NCBI RefSeq assembly: GCF_030028105.1
Contig: NC_092379.1
Location: 27,211,821 to 27,275,820 of the forward strand
Direction: 5' to 3'
From: Mobula birostris
Lineage: Eukaryota
DNA: 64,000 bases
A program made the translations under genes and the position numbers. The notes under the pieces were generated by a model, which saw only the letters and a program-made list of their open reading frames with translations, ran no database searches and was not told the origin of the DNA. Below, piece after piece: positions 53,891 through 64,000 of this stretch (position 1 is the first letter of the stretch; every line of letters begins with the position of its first letter).

Positions 53891-56800
53891 TGTATTGTCT
53901 ATGTTTCTAAACGATATACTGCAAATACAGTACACAATATCAATTCCGATGCGACGCAAATAAAGGGAGTTCAAGTGCTTCATAGGACAAGGCATCAAAG
54001 TGATGGAAGCCTTGGAGCAACTGGTTGATGCTGGCTGGTTCTATTCTTGAACCGAGGGCTGTGATTAATTGTTGCTTTTTTCATACGCAATCGGTGTTAA
54101 AGTGGAAATTATTGTTCGTTCATTCTTCCTCGCTTTTCCGAAACTGGCACTTCCCTGCTTTTGCTGCCAGAAAAGAAACGCATTTCGATTTCAATATAGA
54201 CAAGCGGGATGCAGTGCATTTCAAGAGGGCATACCTGGCTCGGAATTACCCATGATCTGGTAGGTTGCACTCTGTAGAGCAGAGACCTGTGGGGAAAAGT
54301 ACATGTTTCCTTGGATGTGGCTGTAGATGTGGATGGATTCAAATTAAGGCATATGCCTTGCTTGCCATCACGGGATTGAATACTGAGATCAGGAACTACA
54401 AGGCGGCATCAAAAATTATTCGTGAAGTTCTATTCTTGATTTATTTCGGAAGGAAGTAGTCGGGTGCAGAATGTGCAGGAAAGACTTAGAAGGATGTTGA
54501 AAGGAATGTAAAATCTGCGTTGTCAGGAAAAGCTGGATCCGTGCAGCAGAAGAATGGACTTTTGGAAGATCAAACATGCACAAATAGTTTTTTTTTCAGT
54601 GTGCTGTATGCATGAAAGTATGAGGAATATCCGGTGTACATAGATTATATTATAAAAGTTTGATAAGATTCACAAATGTATCCCCAGCAGCAAAGACATG
54701 CGTTGAGGGAAACTTGGCAATCTGGATTCAGAATTGGCTTCCCCACAGGGAGCTTGGTTCGATAATAAAAGGAGATTATCTGTCAAATTTAGAAAGTAGA
54801 GAGATACTTAAAAAAAAAAAAAACATGGGCGTCCTTTTTGAACGGAGATGAGGATGGATATCTTTGGCCCAAGAGTGGGGATACTGTGGTATGCTTTGCA
54901 ACGCACAGCTGCCTAGGCCAAATCTGCATCTATGTTTATGACAGAGGTTGATTGATTATTGATTGGTCAGGGTAGAAGCGATAAGGGGAGTAGAAAGGCG
55001 ATTGGGATCGAAAGGAGAAAACGATTAGCCATCATCAAATAGCGGATAGAACTCTGTAGGCCCAAATGGTCTAAATCTCGCCCTATGTCTTTTGTGTTAT
55101 TCACTATATGCTGTGTTTCTGGTACGCTATGCTCAAAACGAAGATTGTGTGGCCATATTGTTGTGTGAATTCGTTCTGTCTGCAACAGGGTAGATGCCAA
55201 TGCATCCCAACCATTAGAAGTTCATTATCATATCCTTTCTAGCATGTCCGCCATGCCCTCTTCTTCTATCCTGAAGCAACTGCCCGCATTCGGTTCCGAT
55301 AGCACCTAAAATGATGGAATGCACGTCTATTCTGTTCAAATTCATTCCCCATTTCAGGCTTCCATCAATCACCTTTCTCCTCTCCATTATCACTCTTCTC
55401 AGGTTCCACCCCTGTTAAATACTTATTCCTCTCTACTTTCTTCTACTTACTTCAGCACTTTACCTACTCCACCTACGATGTCCCTGCTAGACAATTCATG
55501 TCCCTTCCATTCTTACCGCCACCTGGCTTCATTTCTCAACATCCTTGTTGTACTTTTACTCCTATCTACCTTCTAGGGCTCTCTTCTTCCCTATTTCTTT
55601 CCAGTCAACAAAAACCTCATGCATTTTCTGTAAGATTAATGATGTTTCCTTTATCAGAACTGTTCAGCAATATTCACAGAATCGATCCTAGCAATTCATC
55701 TTTTTATGGTAGCTCGTGACGTTGAGAAACAGAGAGACGACATTGAGTGCTATATTTTTGAAATGTCTGCAGTGCAGAAACGATTTGAACGTTGTTAGCG
55801 TGGGGAATTAAGGATTTTATGTCACAATTCGAACTAGATATTTCAATTCCTGCTAAAAATTATGAAGCTCGAGAATGACACTGATATCGAAGATGGTCTA
55901 CTGCACGCAAACTAGGATTAAAGACAAATAATAATAACAATAAACTGAATCATTATTTCTATGTTCCCATTTGGTCGTCATGTTTTACAGGAGTTGTGCG
56001 TAAGACGGATGTTGACAAGTATGAAAGCGATTTAGTTGGGTTTTGGGTTAGGATACATTGATTTTGACGGTTCGAAAATGAGCATACGGATAGGATAATT
56101 GCATTTGCTTCCACAAGTTGCATCTCTGGCGAAATGCGCACAGGCTTCCATGTTTAATAATTCCGTGAAATGTCATTATGATAAACCTCCAAAGCATATT
56201 CTCAGTTCTGTTTCTAGAACGTGAGAAATCTAAATTAAATGACCCAGGGGCGTTCGGAATTTAGTGAGAAATAGGATATACTGCAGTTAGGAACTGCTGC
56301 TACTGAGCAAAGGACTCGATTTATGTTTGCTCTGTGTGCATCGTCGGGAAACACAGGCATATGTGCTGCAGATATAAGCCGTATGCTCATTAACAAAATG
56401 CCCACAGAAACACGATGTTGCTTCTCAGAAATAATAAAATAAGGACCAACTAAATGTAAGTAGTGAACGTATGTCTCACTCTTCCATGTTCCCTATGCCT
56501 TGTGGATCGCAGTGCGCCAGGGATAGAGTGACCCCGGGAGTTGCATGATTTGATAATCACAGCTCGCACTCTGTCAGGAAAACAAGGCAACATAATTTAA
56601 TATAATGTGTGTCTGCACCGGAAGAAAAAAAATCATCAGAATCATTGCATCCACTTCAATCATTCAGGTATGTTTTGAGCGAACTAACTTGCACATGATC
56701 AAGGAAGCCGCCACAATAAGAGAAGACACTGATATCAAAGAATATATTTCATGTGTCACAGGCTACAAATAAGCTTGCAGAAGACGTTGGTTCCTCAAAA

Positions 56801-57214
56801 ACTGTTTCAGTCAGATATCGTGAGATTGTTTTAGCGCTCATGATGCATGCAAACTGGATTTCAAAGCGAAGTGATGTGTGGATAGCTGCATGGATCCTGA
56901 GTTCTGGAGGGCTCTGGTCCGGGTGCAGATCGAAACGCCGAATTAGTTTATGATTCTATGACTTTTGACGGTTGATAACACAAGGCTCCATGACGTATGT
57001 CATTACACCTAACATGCACCTGGTCACAACACATTTTTAAAAGAGGGACATTTGTGTCAGAATGTTGCTTCTAGATTTCAGTTCGTATTCAACATTATTG
57101 TCCCACTGACCTTAGTCAGATGACTCCTACTCCTCGTTCTAAGTTTACTATTGCAAAAATGTACAAAACGCTGCTGGTCATAATAATAATAATTTTAAAC
57201 TTCATATATGCAGC

Positions 57215-57900
57215 ATGCACAACTGTGCTACCCTCACCTGCACCTTTAACACAGGTACCACCCAGAATAATCTGTTGACCCCACTATTGTACGCTCGGTT
57301 CACAAACGACCACCCGGCCAACATCCTGAGTAGTCATATTGTCAAGTTTGCCGAAGACACGGCAATGGAGGGACTCATCAGCAAACGCCATGAAACGGCT
57401 TAAAGAAAGGAGGTGCAAGGGCATGCCTCTGGGTGGCAGGGAATTAATACCTTCAAAAATGTGGCCAATACAAAGTAGATGCCGGCTGACTTTAGGACAA
57501 CACGGACTACGCACACCGTTGTGTGCATGGGCGGTAGAGTGGAAAAGGCGCAAAGGATTCAGTCACCAGGGTGCATATATCTTGCAACGTTTTATGGTCC
57601 AGGAGTATATCCTGAACAATCGGGAAGCGGAAGACCCCCTATGTTTGTTTGTTTGTTTTTCCTGAGCGAAACAGAGGGTTGGATTACGCCCATGCGTACT
57701 CACATCTACCTATATATGCACAGCAGAGAATGTGGTGACTTGCTGCAACACTGCCTGATCAGGAAACAACCCTGCGGTGGAGAGGGAGGCTGTACAGCGC
57801 TGAGTCAAAACATCCCAAAATATAATCGATACAATCCTACACGCCATCAAAGGCATAGATACCGAAAGATGCCCGAAAATGGCCAGTGACATCATGAGTG
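57215..57900 (+). mobile_element. Rex1/L2-type LINE RT remnant
   Basis: NTGTTQNNLLTPLLY...IVKFAEDTAMEGLIS matches the TG.PQG..LSPLLY...KFADDT..VGLIS motif. Confidence 0.7.
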
Positions 57901-58135
57901 AAACAAGTCACCCAGCTCGTGAACGACTTGACACAGACTCATCAGAATGGAGGTGAGATAGCCTGCAAATCGGGATCGCCAGGCTCGAAATAGTTTGCCC
58001 TGATGAATGAGGCTGGAGAAGTGACTTGCAGCTCAATAAGGAGAGACTGAGATAGAGAACGAATGTGTGTTAGGATGAAAGTTACGTGAGATTGGCGGCT
58101 GAAAATACTGGAGCGAGACAAGGATTAATTTATAG

Positions 58136-58295
58136 CGGGGGAGAAGAAAGCGACAGAAAGAGAGACAGACAGAAAGACAGAGGAGAGAGAGATCAACAGA
58201 GAGAGAGAGCGAGAGACAGACAGGTAGACAGAGTGAGAGAAGAGAGATCAACACAGAGAGAGGAAGAGTGAGAAAGAGAGAGGGAGAGAGATGAA
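58136..58295. repeat. (AG)-rich low-complexity tract
   Basis: Direct inspection. Confidence 0.85.
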
Positions 58296-58759
58296 AAGAA
58301 CCAGACTGACAGTTATCTTTGCACCAAAATATTAACGGATGCTCTACAAGGAAAACATCTATCAGCTTCGACTGCCAATCCGGACACTTCCAAACAAGTA
58401 TATGGATATAAACAGTTTCTCTTTCTCTCGCTTCCTACACATACACACATAAACGCGCGCGCGCACAAACACACACACACAGACACACACAAACTGATGA
58501 GCGATTATATTGGAATGCCATATCTTATATTTGTGTTGCCGTGTTAATGTATATTTCTGAAAAGAAATGAGATAGCAGTGGCTATACATCTCACTGCGAA
58601 ATAGGAAAGAGCGGTGCGGTTACACCATTGTTAAATCTTCACAGATGAAGGCGAGGGAAACTTAAACAGGAGTGCTTGTTGGTGGGAAACCACAATCAGA
58701 AAAGAAATGTAAAGATATATCCAGCTGCAGCGCTCAGAACATTAATTCTACATTACGTG

Positions 58760-58798
58760 AGTTTTTGTGCGGGCATTTAGCTGGAATACATCACTGTG
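58760..58798 (-). other. 23-bp-spacer recombination signal sequence of V2
   Basis: Minus strand: CACAGTG (58798-58792), exactly 23 nt, ACAAAAACT (58768-58760). Confidence 0.95.
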
Positions 58799-59105
58799 CG
58801 GCAAAGGGCGCAGTAATAAACTGCAGAATCGCTCATTTCCAGCTTTGAGATAGAGACATTAAATGACTTTCTTCCCTTGTCCGGAGAGACTTTGAAGCGT
58901 GCTTTAGCAAAATCGGCTTTATTTCCAGAACCATCAGAATCTTTGTACAGTATGTACTCGAGACTTTGTTCTGATCTTTGTCGGTACCAATATAAATAAT
59001 AGTAGTTCCATGCAGTATTATAAGTGCAGCTCAACGTCACAGCCTCCTCTTCAGTCTTCACTGCCCGTGACGGTGTCTGAGTGACGGAGTTTGCATAACT
59101 CGTAT
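58799..59105 (-). CDS. TCR delta/alpha-type V segment 2, V exon, open frame, inverted relative to V1
   Basis: Acceptor attttag|. Translation (D)TSYA-NSVTQTPSRAVKTEEEAVTLSCTYNTAWNYYYLYWYRQRSEQSLEYILYKDSDGSGNKADFAKARFKVSPDKGRKSFNVSISKLEMSDSAVYYCALCR, followed by a consensus RSS. Confidence 0.95.
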
Positions 59106-59197
59106 CTAAAATATAATGTAAAAAAAGTTATATTAACGTTTTTTTTTTTCAGAATTCAGTTTCGAGAAGGCTGTTGAGTTGTTTGCTGCGCACAAAC

Positions 59198-59252
59198 CAA
59201 TTAACAATGCTCCACACAAAATCCAGATGACGAACCACAGCATCTTTTTCAT
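59198..59252 (-). CDS. TCR V gene 2, leader exon (MKKMLWFVIWILCGALLI-D)
   Basis: ATG at 59252 (second in-frame ATG at 59243), hydrophobic core, phase-1 donor G|gtttgt and a 92-bp intron to the acceptor at 59107-59106. The donor is weaker than consensus. Confidence 0.82.
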
Positions 59253-59609
59253 AAAGGATGGGTTAAGTGATTTTCTCTTCAACGGATTTTTGCTAGCCGT
59301 CAAGAAGTTCCGATTCCACTGTTTAAGTGGAGGTCCGATTGATATAATGAGCAGGCAATGAAAACACCCAATGGGAATGCGGCCTCTTGATACATGCTCC
59401 GCCTATTTCCCCAGATGCCACCAGGACCATGCACCTCACGGAAAAACCGTCAGTCATTTTTTTTTTTTTTTTTTTTGTTTTATACCACGAAAACTTGTCA
59501 TTAACCGAGTCAGAAGAACACATTCTCACTCGTTGCATGCAGGAACAGGATTTTATTGAGAAGATTCAGAAAGAAATAAATGTGTCGGAGTCGGAGTAGG
59601 TTCCGCAGA

Positions 59610-59610
<1 letters not shown>

Positions 59611-59677
<67 letters not shown>
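59611..59677. repeat. (TG)n microsatellite
   Basis: Direct inspection. Confidence 0.95.
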
Positions 59678-59679
<2 letters not shown>

Positions 59680-60372
59680 GTGTCTGCGTATGCTGTGTGC
59701 TTCTGTATGTGGGAGAGAGAGAGAGTGGAAGAGACAGACACTGATAGATAGTCTGAAAATCTGAAAATGTGTGCAGAAAGCAAGAGAAAGAAGACATAAT
59801 ATTTTTTGTGCCAAACACCATATAGTGATGTTATACTGGTTAGAAGCAGGCAGAGAAAGAGAAACCGAAAAGTACATTTTCAAACAACTGGCATTTGACT
59901 GACGAGAGTTCCTATAGAGATTTACCAACGTCGCATCAGATAATACAAACCTTGGCTTCATCATGGATAGCGACTCCATCAAGTAAATCAGATGCTTCAG
60001 AATAAGTGACGAAATATCCTTATCCCTGTTGACCCTCTCTCGGGCTGAGACAGCACTCTGATGACATAGAACTGCAACCCTAGAAATAACATTTTCCGTG
60101 GTATAGTCGATCGACATTCCAAAGTGATGCATGGTGGAAATTCTAAAAGTGAGCTTCTTGTCGACTATCAGCAAAACACCGATAACTACAAAGACGAATC
60201 TCAGACGGATATCGGTTCCTGAAACATATGAATTAGAGCACATATCTCGGGGAGCTCAATGTTACAAAGAATGCTAAAATAATTTGACCACGTCACTCAG
60301 GAACTGCAGTTCTGTACGATAGAGCTATTTTCCCGTATTATAGTATATAATTATATCTGCTTCCCGGTTTCT

Positions 60373-60836
60373 ATCCTTTCGCAATTTCAATTGCTCCTTC
60401 TTTCTCTGCACATTGGTCTCTGTCTCTCTAAAAGCGCGCGCGCGCGCGCGTGTGTGTGAGTGTGTTTGCGTGTGCGCTCACATTTTCCCATTCCTAATTC
60501 GCTGTCTCTTTGATGTTGAAGTGCAAATTGACGCTTAGCAGCACCCAGGGCAGAGTTCTGGGCCTACTTGCCACAATTGTTTGGGTGCGATGGCGTGCAG
60601 ATATATGGTGTAGTACCAGAGAGGGGCCAGGAAAATATTTACATGTAATCCTTCCATCATTCTACGGCTCAGCTTACAACCAGTCAATAATTCTGGACAC
60701 TATTGGACTAACCCTACGTATGGCGGCAGAGACGCAGTTGCTCCTCGCTGAAAATAAACACCTGAATCTTCGACAAACCAGGAAAGCGTGATACCTACGG
60801 TACAAATATTGCCCATTTTTACAGAATTTCACAGGG
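60373..60836 (+). pseudogene. Putative decayed V segment A (Ig/TCR V-type)
   Basis: QIDA*QHP-GQSSGPTC-13aa-*(TAG for W)YQRG[+1]PGKYL, with LKIN about 45 codons after the W position and CACAGGG at 60830. A leader-like exon lies at 60373-60415 (dead start ATC, phase-1 GT). No valid nonamer. Confidence 0.5.
60434..60458. repeat. (GC)n(GT)n alternating purine-pyrimidine tract
   Basis: Direct inspection. Confidence 0.9.
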
Positions 60837-61608
60837 CGGCGCAGCGAATTCAGCTTTAAGAAGCACAAAGAATGAATACCGTGCACCTTAATATCTCTTA
60901 CTGCTTCACTTTCTCTCCATGTCGGTCACACTCTCTCTCCCCTTCTCTAATTATATCTCTGTCAGTATCCCTGTATATCTCACTGTTTATCTCTATTCCC
61001 ATTCTTTCTCTATCACTCTCGTTATCTTTATCTCTCCACGTCCGCTTTACTTGGCCATCCATACTGTTGTCCCTTTCAGTTTCCTTGATATGTGGGTCAT
61101 TTGCATTTTCTCGTTTTTGTTTTTTAATTAGGGATCCTCTCTTTCTTCCCCGCCATCTCTCTCTTCTCTCTCTCCCCCTCTTTCTCGTTCTCCCTCACTC
61201 TATTATTCTCAGCACCTTTCTATACTGCTATTCTATCCACCTGTCCTCTTCGTCTCTCTCGTTGATAGTCTGCTGCGTATCTCTCTGTAATTACTTCGTT
61301 TCTATTGCTTTCCCTCTGTCTTCACCTCGCTCGCCTTGTACTCTTAGTGCTTGTGCGTGTGCTAATTGTATTGTCATCTCCCGTCCTTACCCTCATCTCT
61401 CTCGTTTTGTATTTTCCGTTGTGTCGGCTACTCCGACAGCCCTGCACGTATTGGTTTCACACCATAGACGTTTTCCCTACAGAGTTTCCTAACGATAGGA
61501 TATTAAACTGACAAGTTTCCCCTCCTGAGTATGATTTTCTGTCTGTATCCTCGTCCTGTCCCCTAAAAAAAGGCTTTTCTTCCCTCTCTTGCGCAATATT
61601 TCTCTCAG

Positions 61609-61908
61609 TCTATCCAGGGACGCCACAGGGGCTCGGGATTAGCACGGCTCGGCAATTGTTCCTGTCATTTCGGAGTTCGTAGTTAAATTCCGGAGCTGTG
61701 TTGCAAATAGACTTCACAGTGGAATACGCGCGGTTTCCCCAGATATTCAAGTTTACATAACAGAACAAAGATGCACGGGGTAGGTTAACAAGAAAATGTA
61801 AATAGTTCCGTGAATAGCTGGAGATGATCTGTTTTGGCGGCAGTTGCAGGGACGGCGTAACTCAAGGGTTCTTAGGCCCTTCTCCGCGCTGTATCACTGC
61901 AATTGAAA
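61609..61908 (+). pseudogene. Putative decayed TCR V segment B
   Basis: Acceptor tttctctcag at 61608. FR3 RRNSRVLRPFSALYHC (61853-61900) fits L.IS.V...DSA.YYC. TGG lies 178 nt upstream, and acceptor-to-Cys is 292 nt versus 293 and 296 in the intact V genes. RSS not recognisable. Confidence 0.55.
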
Positions 61909-62314
61909 AACAATAAGAGTAAACCAATTTTGTTTAATATGCCAAAATACTTTAATCAGTGACAGGCCACTAAAGTAACAGATTTCACCTGCAAATCTGC
62001 TTTGTGGTGTTTTTATTCTCTCATTCTTTTCTATTTTTTCGAAAAGATGGCATGCTAAATATGCATAGAAACTGCCGCAGAAACTCATTTCCCATCTTCT
62101 TTTAGCTCTATCACCATGTATGGTAGGGACAGTAATGATTGCAAGCCATTGTTCCCATTTCGAATGTTCTGAATGAATGCCATTTTCGCCGGAATGGAGC
62201 GTTCAGGAGAGCGTACTCTGCAACAAATGGAGTGTCCTCATCATTTATGCAAACAATTTGGGGCCCATGTACGTACTGACGTACTGCAGAGAAAGAGGAC
62301 GGGATTGATTGGAC

Positions 62315-62700
62315 ATGGCGCTGGGCAGTTTGATCGGTAAAATCTAACAGGGATGGCTTTCACCACCAGAATGCACAACATCATTCTCTCTGTTCTTCTC
62401 TATAGATATCCAAATTGGTGAACTGATCGTAAGTGTGTTATTCTCCAGAATCATTTCATGAAAACTGAAGACAACCTATGTACCTTTCAAGCTATTTTTA
62501 TGAACTGTTGCTCTCAAGGAAGTCAAACAATAACGATCAGTGCACGTAGGAATAATGATAATTATCTGTGAAGCGAAGTCCTATGTTTGCAGTAACAGTT
62601 TCTCAATCCTTGACTCCCTTTAATTAAGAACCGGATCACATCACCCTCAATCATTTTTATGAACCCCCCGGCAGGTCGTGCAACTATACGTGAACTATAG
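62315..62700 (+). pseudogene. Putative decayed TCR V segment C
   Basis: MALGSLI-G|gtaaaa donor, 69-nt intron and strong acceptor (62405), then KTE...TF.S(TAT for C)FY, a (TAA)CGA.CAG relic of YRQ, and L...S..Y.(TGA for C) at 62646-62693. Heavily frameshifted. Confidence 0.35.
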
Positions 62701-63611
62701 TTTGTGTGAGTAATGCTGCGGAAATGATGCAAATCAAATGAACATGAAAACAATAAAATACGACCTCTCACGACCAACTATGCCTTCCATACCTGGTCTG
62801 CTTCCCACATGTTGTTCGTCCATCGTCAACGTCGATGAGGACCTTGAAACCATTATGATGGTGTCGAGACTAGTGCTTGATTTGAAGTGAGGGAGAGTTG
62901 CACAGCGTCCGCCTCACTCTTCCTTCCCAATTCTCATCTGGATCCAGTGGAAAGACAGAATAGATACGGCTGGAGATGGGACTAGGATCAGTGGATGACC
63001 AGGGAGTATTCTGTGCCTTGTCCTGCTTTACACGTTCCACGACGTTTGCAGAGACCACCTTCTTGACTGTTAGACCTTCCATTGGTGTCGTAGCTCAATC
63101 CGCCGGAGTCTGTCTTCACATGCTGGGATAGACAACTCCCTATCTAACTAAGGGTTTGAGACCCGTCGGCTACCATCACCGAATTTTGCTGGTTTGTCGA
63201 AGGCTTTGCTCAGTGTATGGCCGCTGTCAATTGCAAACAGCTACGGGGAGTCAAGGATGAGAACTGAGTATCAGGTGGGGACCAAAGGTCGACTGACCGC
63301 CTTGCGAACGACGTGAACCCACCAGAGGTTGGTCCCCTCCTTGACACCCCATACACCCCGCTACCCACACCCGACACAGCCGACACACCTTCAGAAGATT
63401 GTGCTTTGCAGAAGGAATGGAAAAAAAATATTTTTCTATGAAAGAAACAGGGACAGCACAGACCAATATACTGTTTGAAATGTGTTTACTGGTTACAGCT
63501 GCTCCAAAGAGACTGATTTTCATATTTAGTTAAAAAAAAGCAACAACATTCACCATGGATCTTTTGGCACCCTATCCAGCTTAAAGCAGAATGTGAACGA
63601 TTTTCAACGCG

Positions 63612-64000
63612 TATCACACAGCGATCGCCGTAGGAATCAGGGACTAGAATTGAAGCTTGGAGACAAGCTGGGGTCTTTGCTCTTGATCCCTGAGGCTAGG
63701 ATCTTTCGTCTTGAGCGTGGAGGCTGAGGACTTCAGGTTTGTGTTCTTGGAGCTTGGCTTGGGATTCTGGAGGCTTCTGTTTTTGGAGATTGGCTTGGGA
63801 TCCTCGAGGCTAGTGCCCTTGGAGCTTGGCTGGGAATCCTCGAGGCTAGTATTCCTAGTGCTTGGCTTGGGATCCTCGAGTCTAGTGTTCTTGAAGCATA
63901 GCTTGGGATCCTCGAGGCTCTTGTTCTTGGAGCTTGGCTTAGGATCGTTTGGGCTAGTGTTCTTGGAGCTTGGCTTGGGATCCTCGAGGCTAATGTTCTT
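63612..64000. mobile_element. Start of a probable LTR-family element with ~30-bp minisatellite, running off the window
   Basis: Tandem ggagcttggcttgggatcctcgaggctagtg units. Their reverse complement resembles the cctcgaagatcccaagcc repeats inside the solo LTRs. Confidence 0.45.

Noticed and set aside
55959-56141. ORF with EMQLVEA and ILTQNP resembling V FR1
   Set aside because: No Cys or Trp at the proper spacing and no FR3.
2918-58759. D, J or constant-region segments between the two V genes
   Set aside because: No 12-RSS, no FGxG J motif with donor, and no C1-set exon found by eye.
59566-60243. 225-aa minus-strand ORF, and its hydrophobic start as an alternative V2 leader
   Set aside because: The ORF runs through (CA)n and low-complexity sequence, it has no good donor, and a better leader exists at 59198-59252.
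60872-61492. 206-aa hydrophobic ORF
   Set aside because: Product of a CT-rich low-complexity tract with no domain motifs.
61715-61721. CACAGTG as an RSS ending a V at 61704
   Set aside because: No nonamer at either spacing, and it overlaps the Trp codon of relic B, which explains the region better.
63700-64000. Regular ~30-bp repeats as a CRISPR-like array
   Set aside because: Contiguous degenerate tandem units without unique spacers in vertebrate DNA, i.e. a minisatellite.

Overview
Repeat-rich vertebrate DNA from an antigen-receptor V-segment array, most likely the TCR alpha/delta locus of a cartilaginous fish. The repeat families resemble, from recall only, those of myliobatiform rays. 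Two intact TCR V genes (leader exon, phase-1 intron, V exon, 23-bp-spacer RSS) face each other: V1 on + at 2013-2917 and V2 on - at 58760-59252. Immediately after V1 lies an ~11 kb tandem duplication (2886-14150 / 14151-25173). Its junction fuses a BEL/Pao retrotransposon to the V1 RSS spacer, leaving a heptamer-less RSS copy. The interval between the V genes is mostly transposon debris: Tc1, L2, Penelope-like fragments, solo LTRs with 5-bp TSDs, a tandem internally deleted BEL/Pao array sharing LTRs, a hAT element with an 8-bp TSD, a Rex-type element and many CR1 LINEs. Hand translation suggests three decayed + strand V relics just upstream of V2 (60.4-62.7 kb), and weaker V-like relics at 3.9 kb (IgNAR-like spacing, duplicated) and 31.3 kb. 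A cryptic 23-RSS sits inside both duplicated solo LTRs. No D, J or C segments, RNA genes or CRISPR arrays were found. No novel system is firmly established; the V relics and RSS-related structures are the best leads. All alignments were done by eye.
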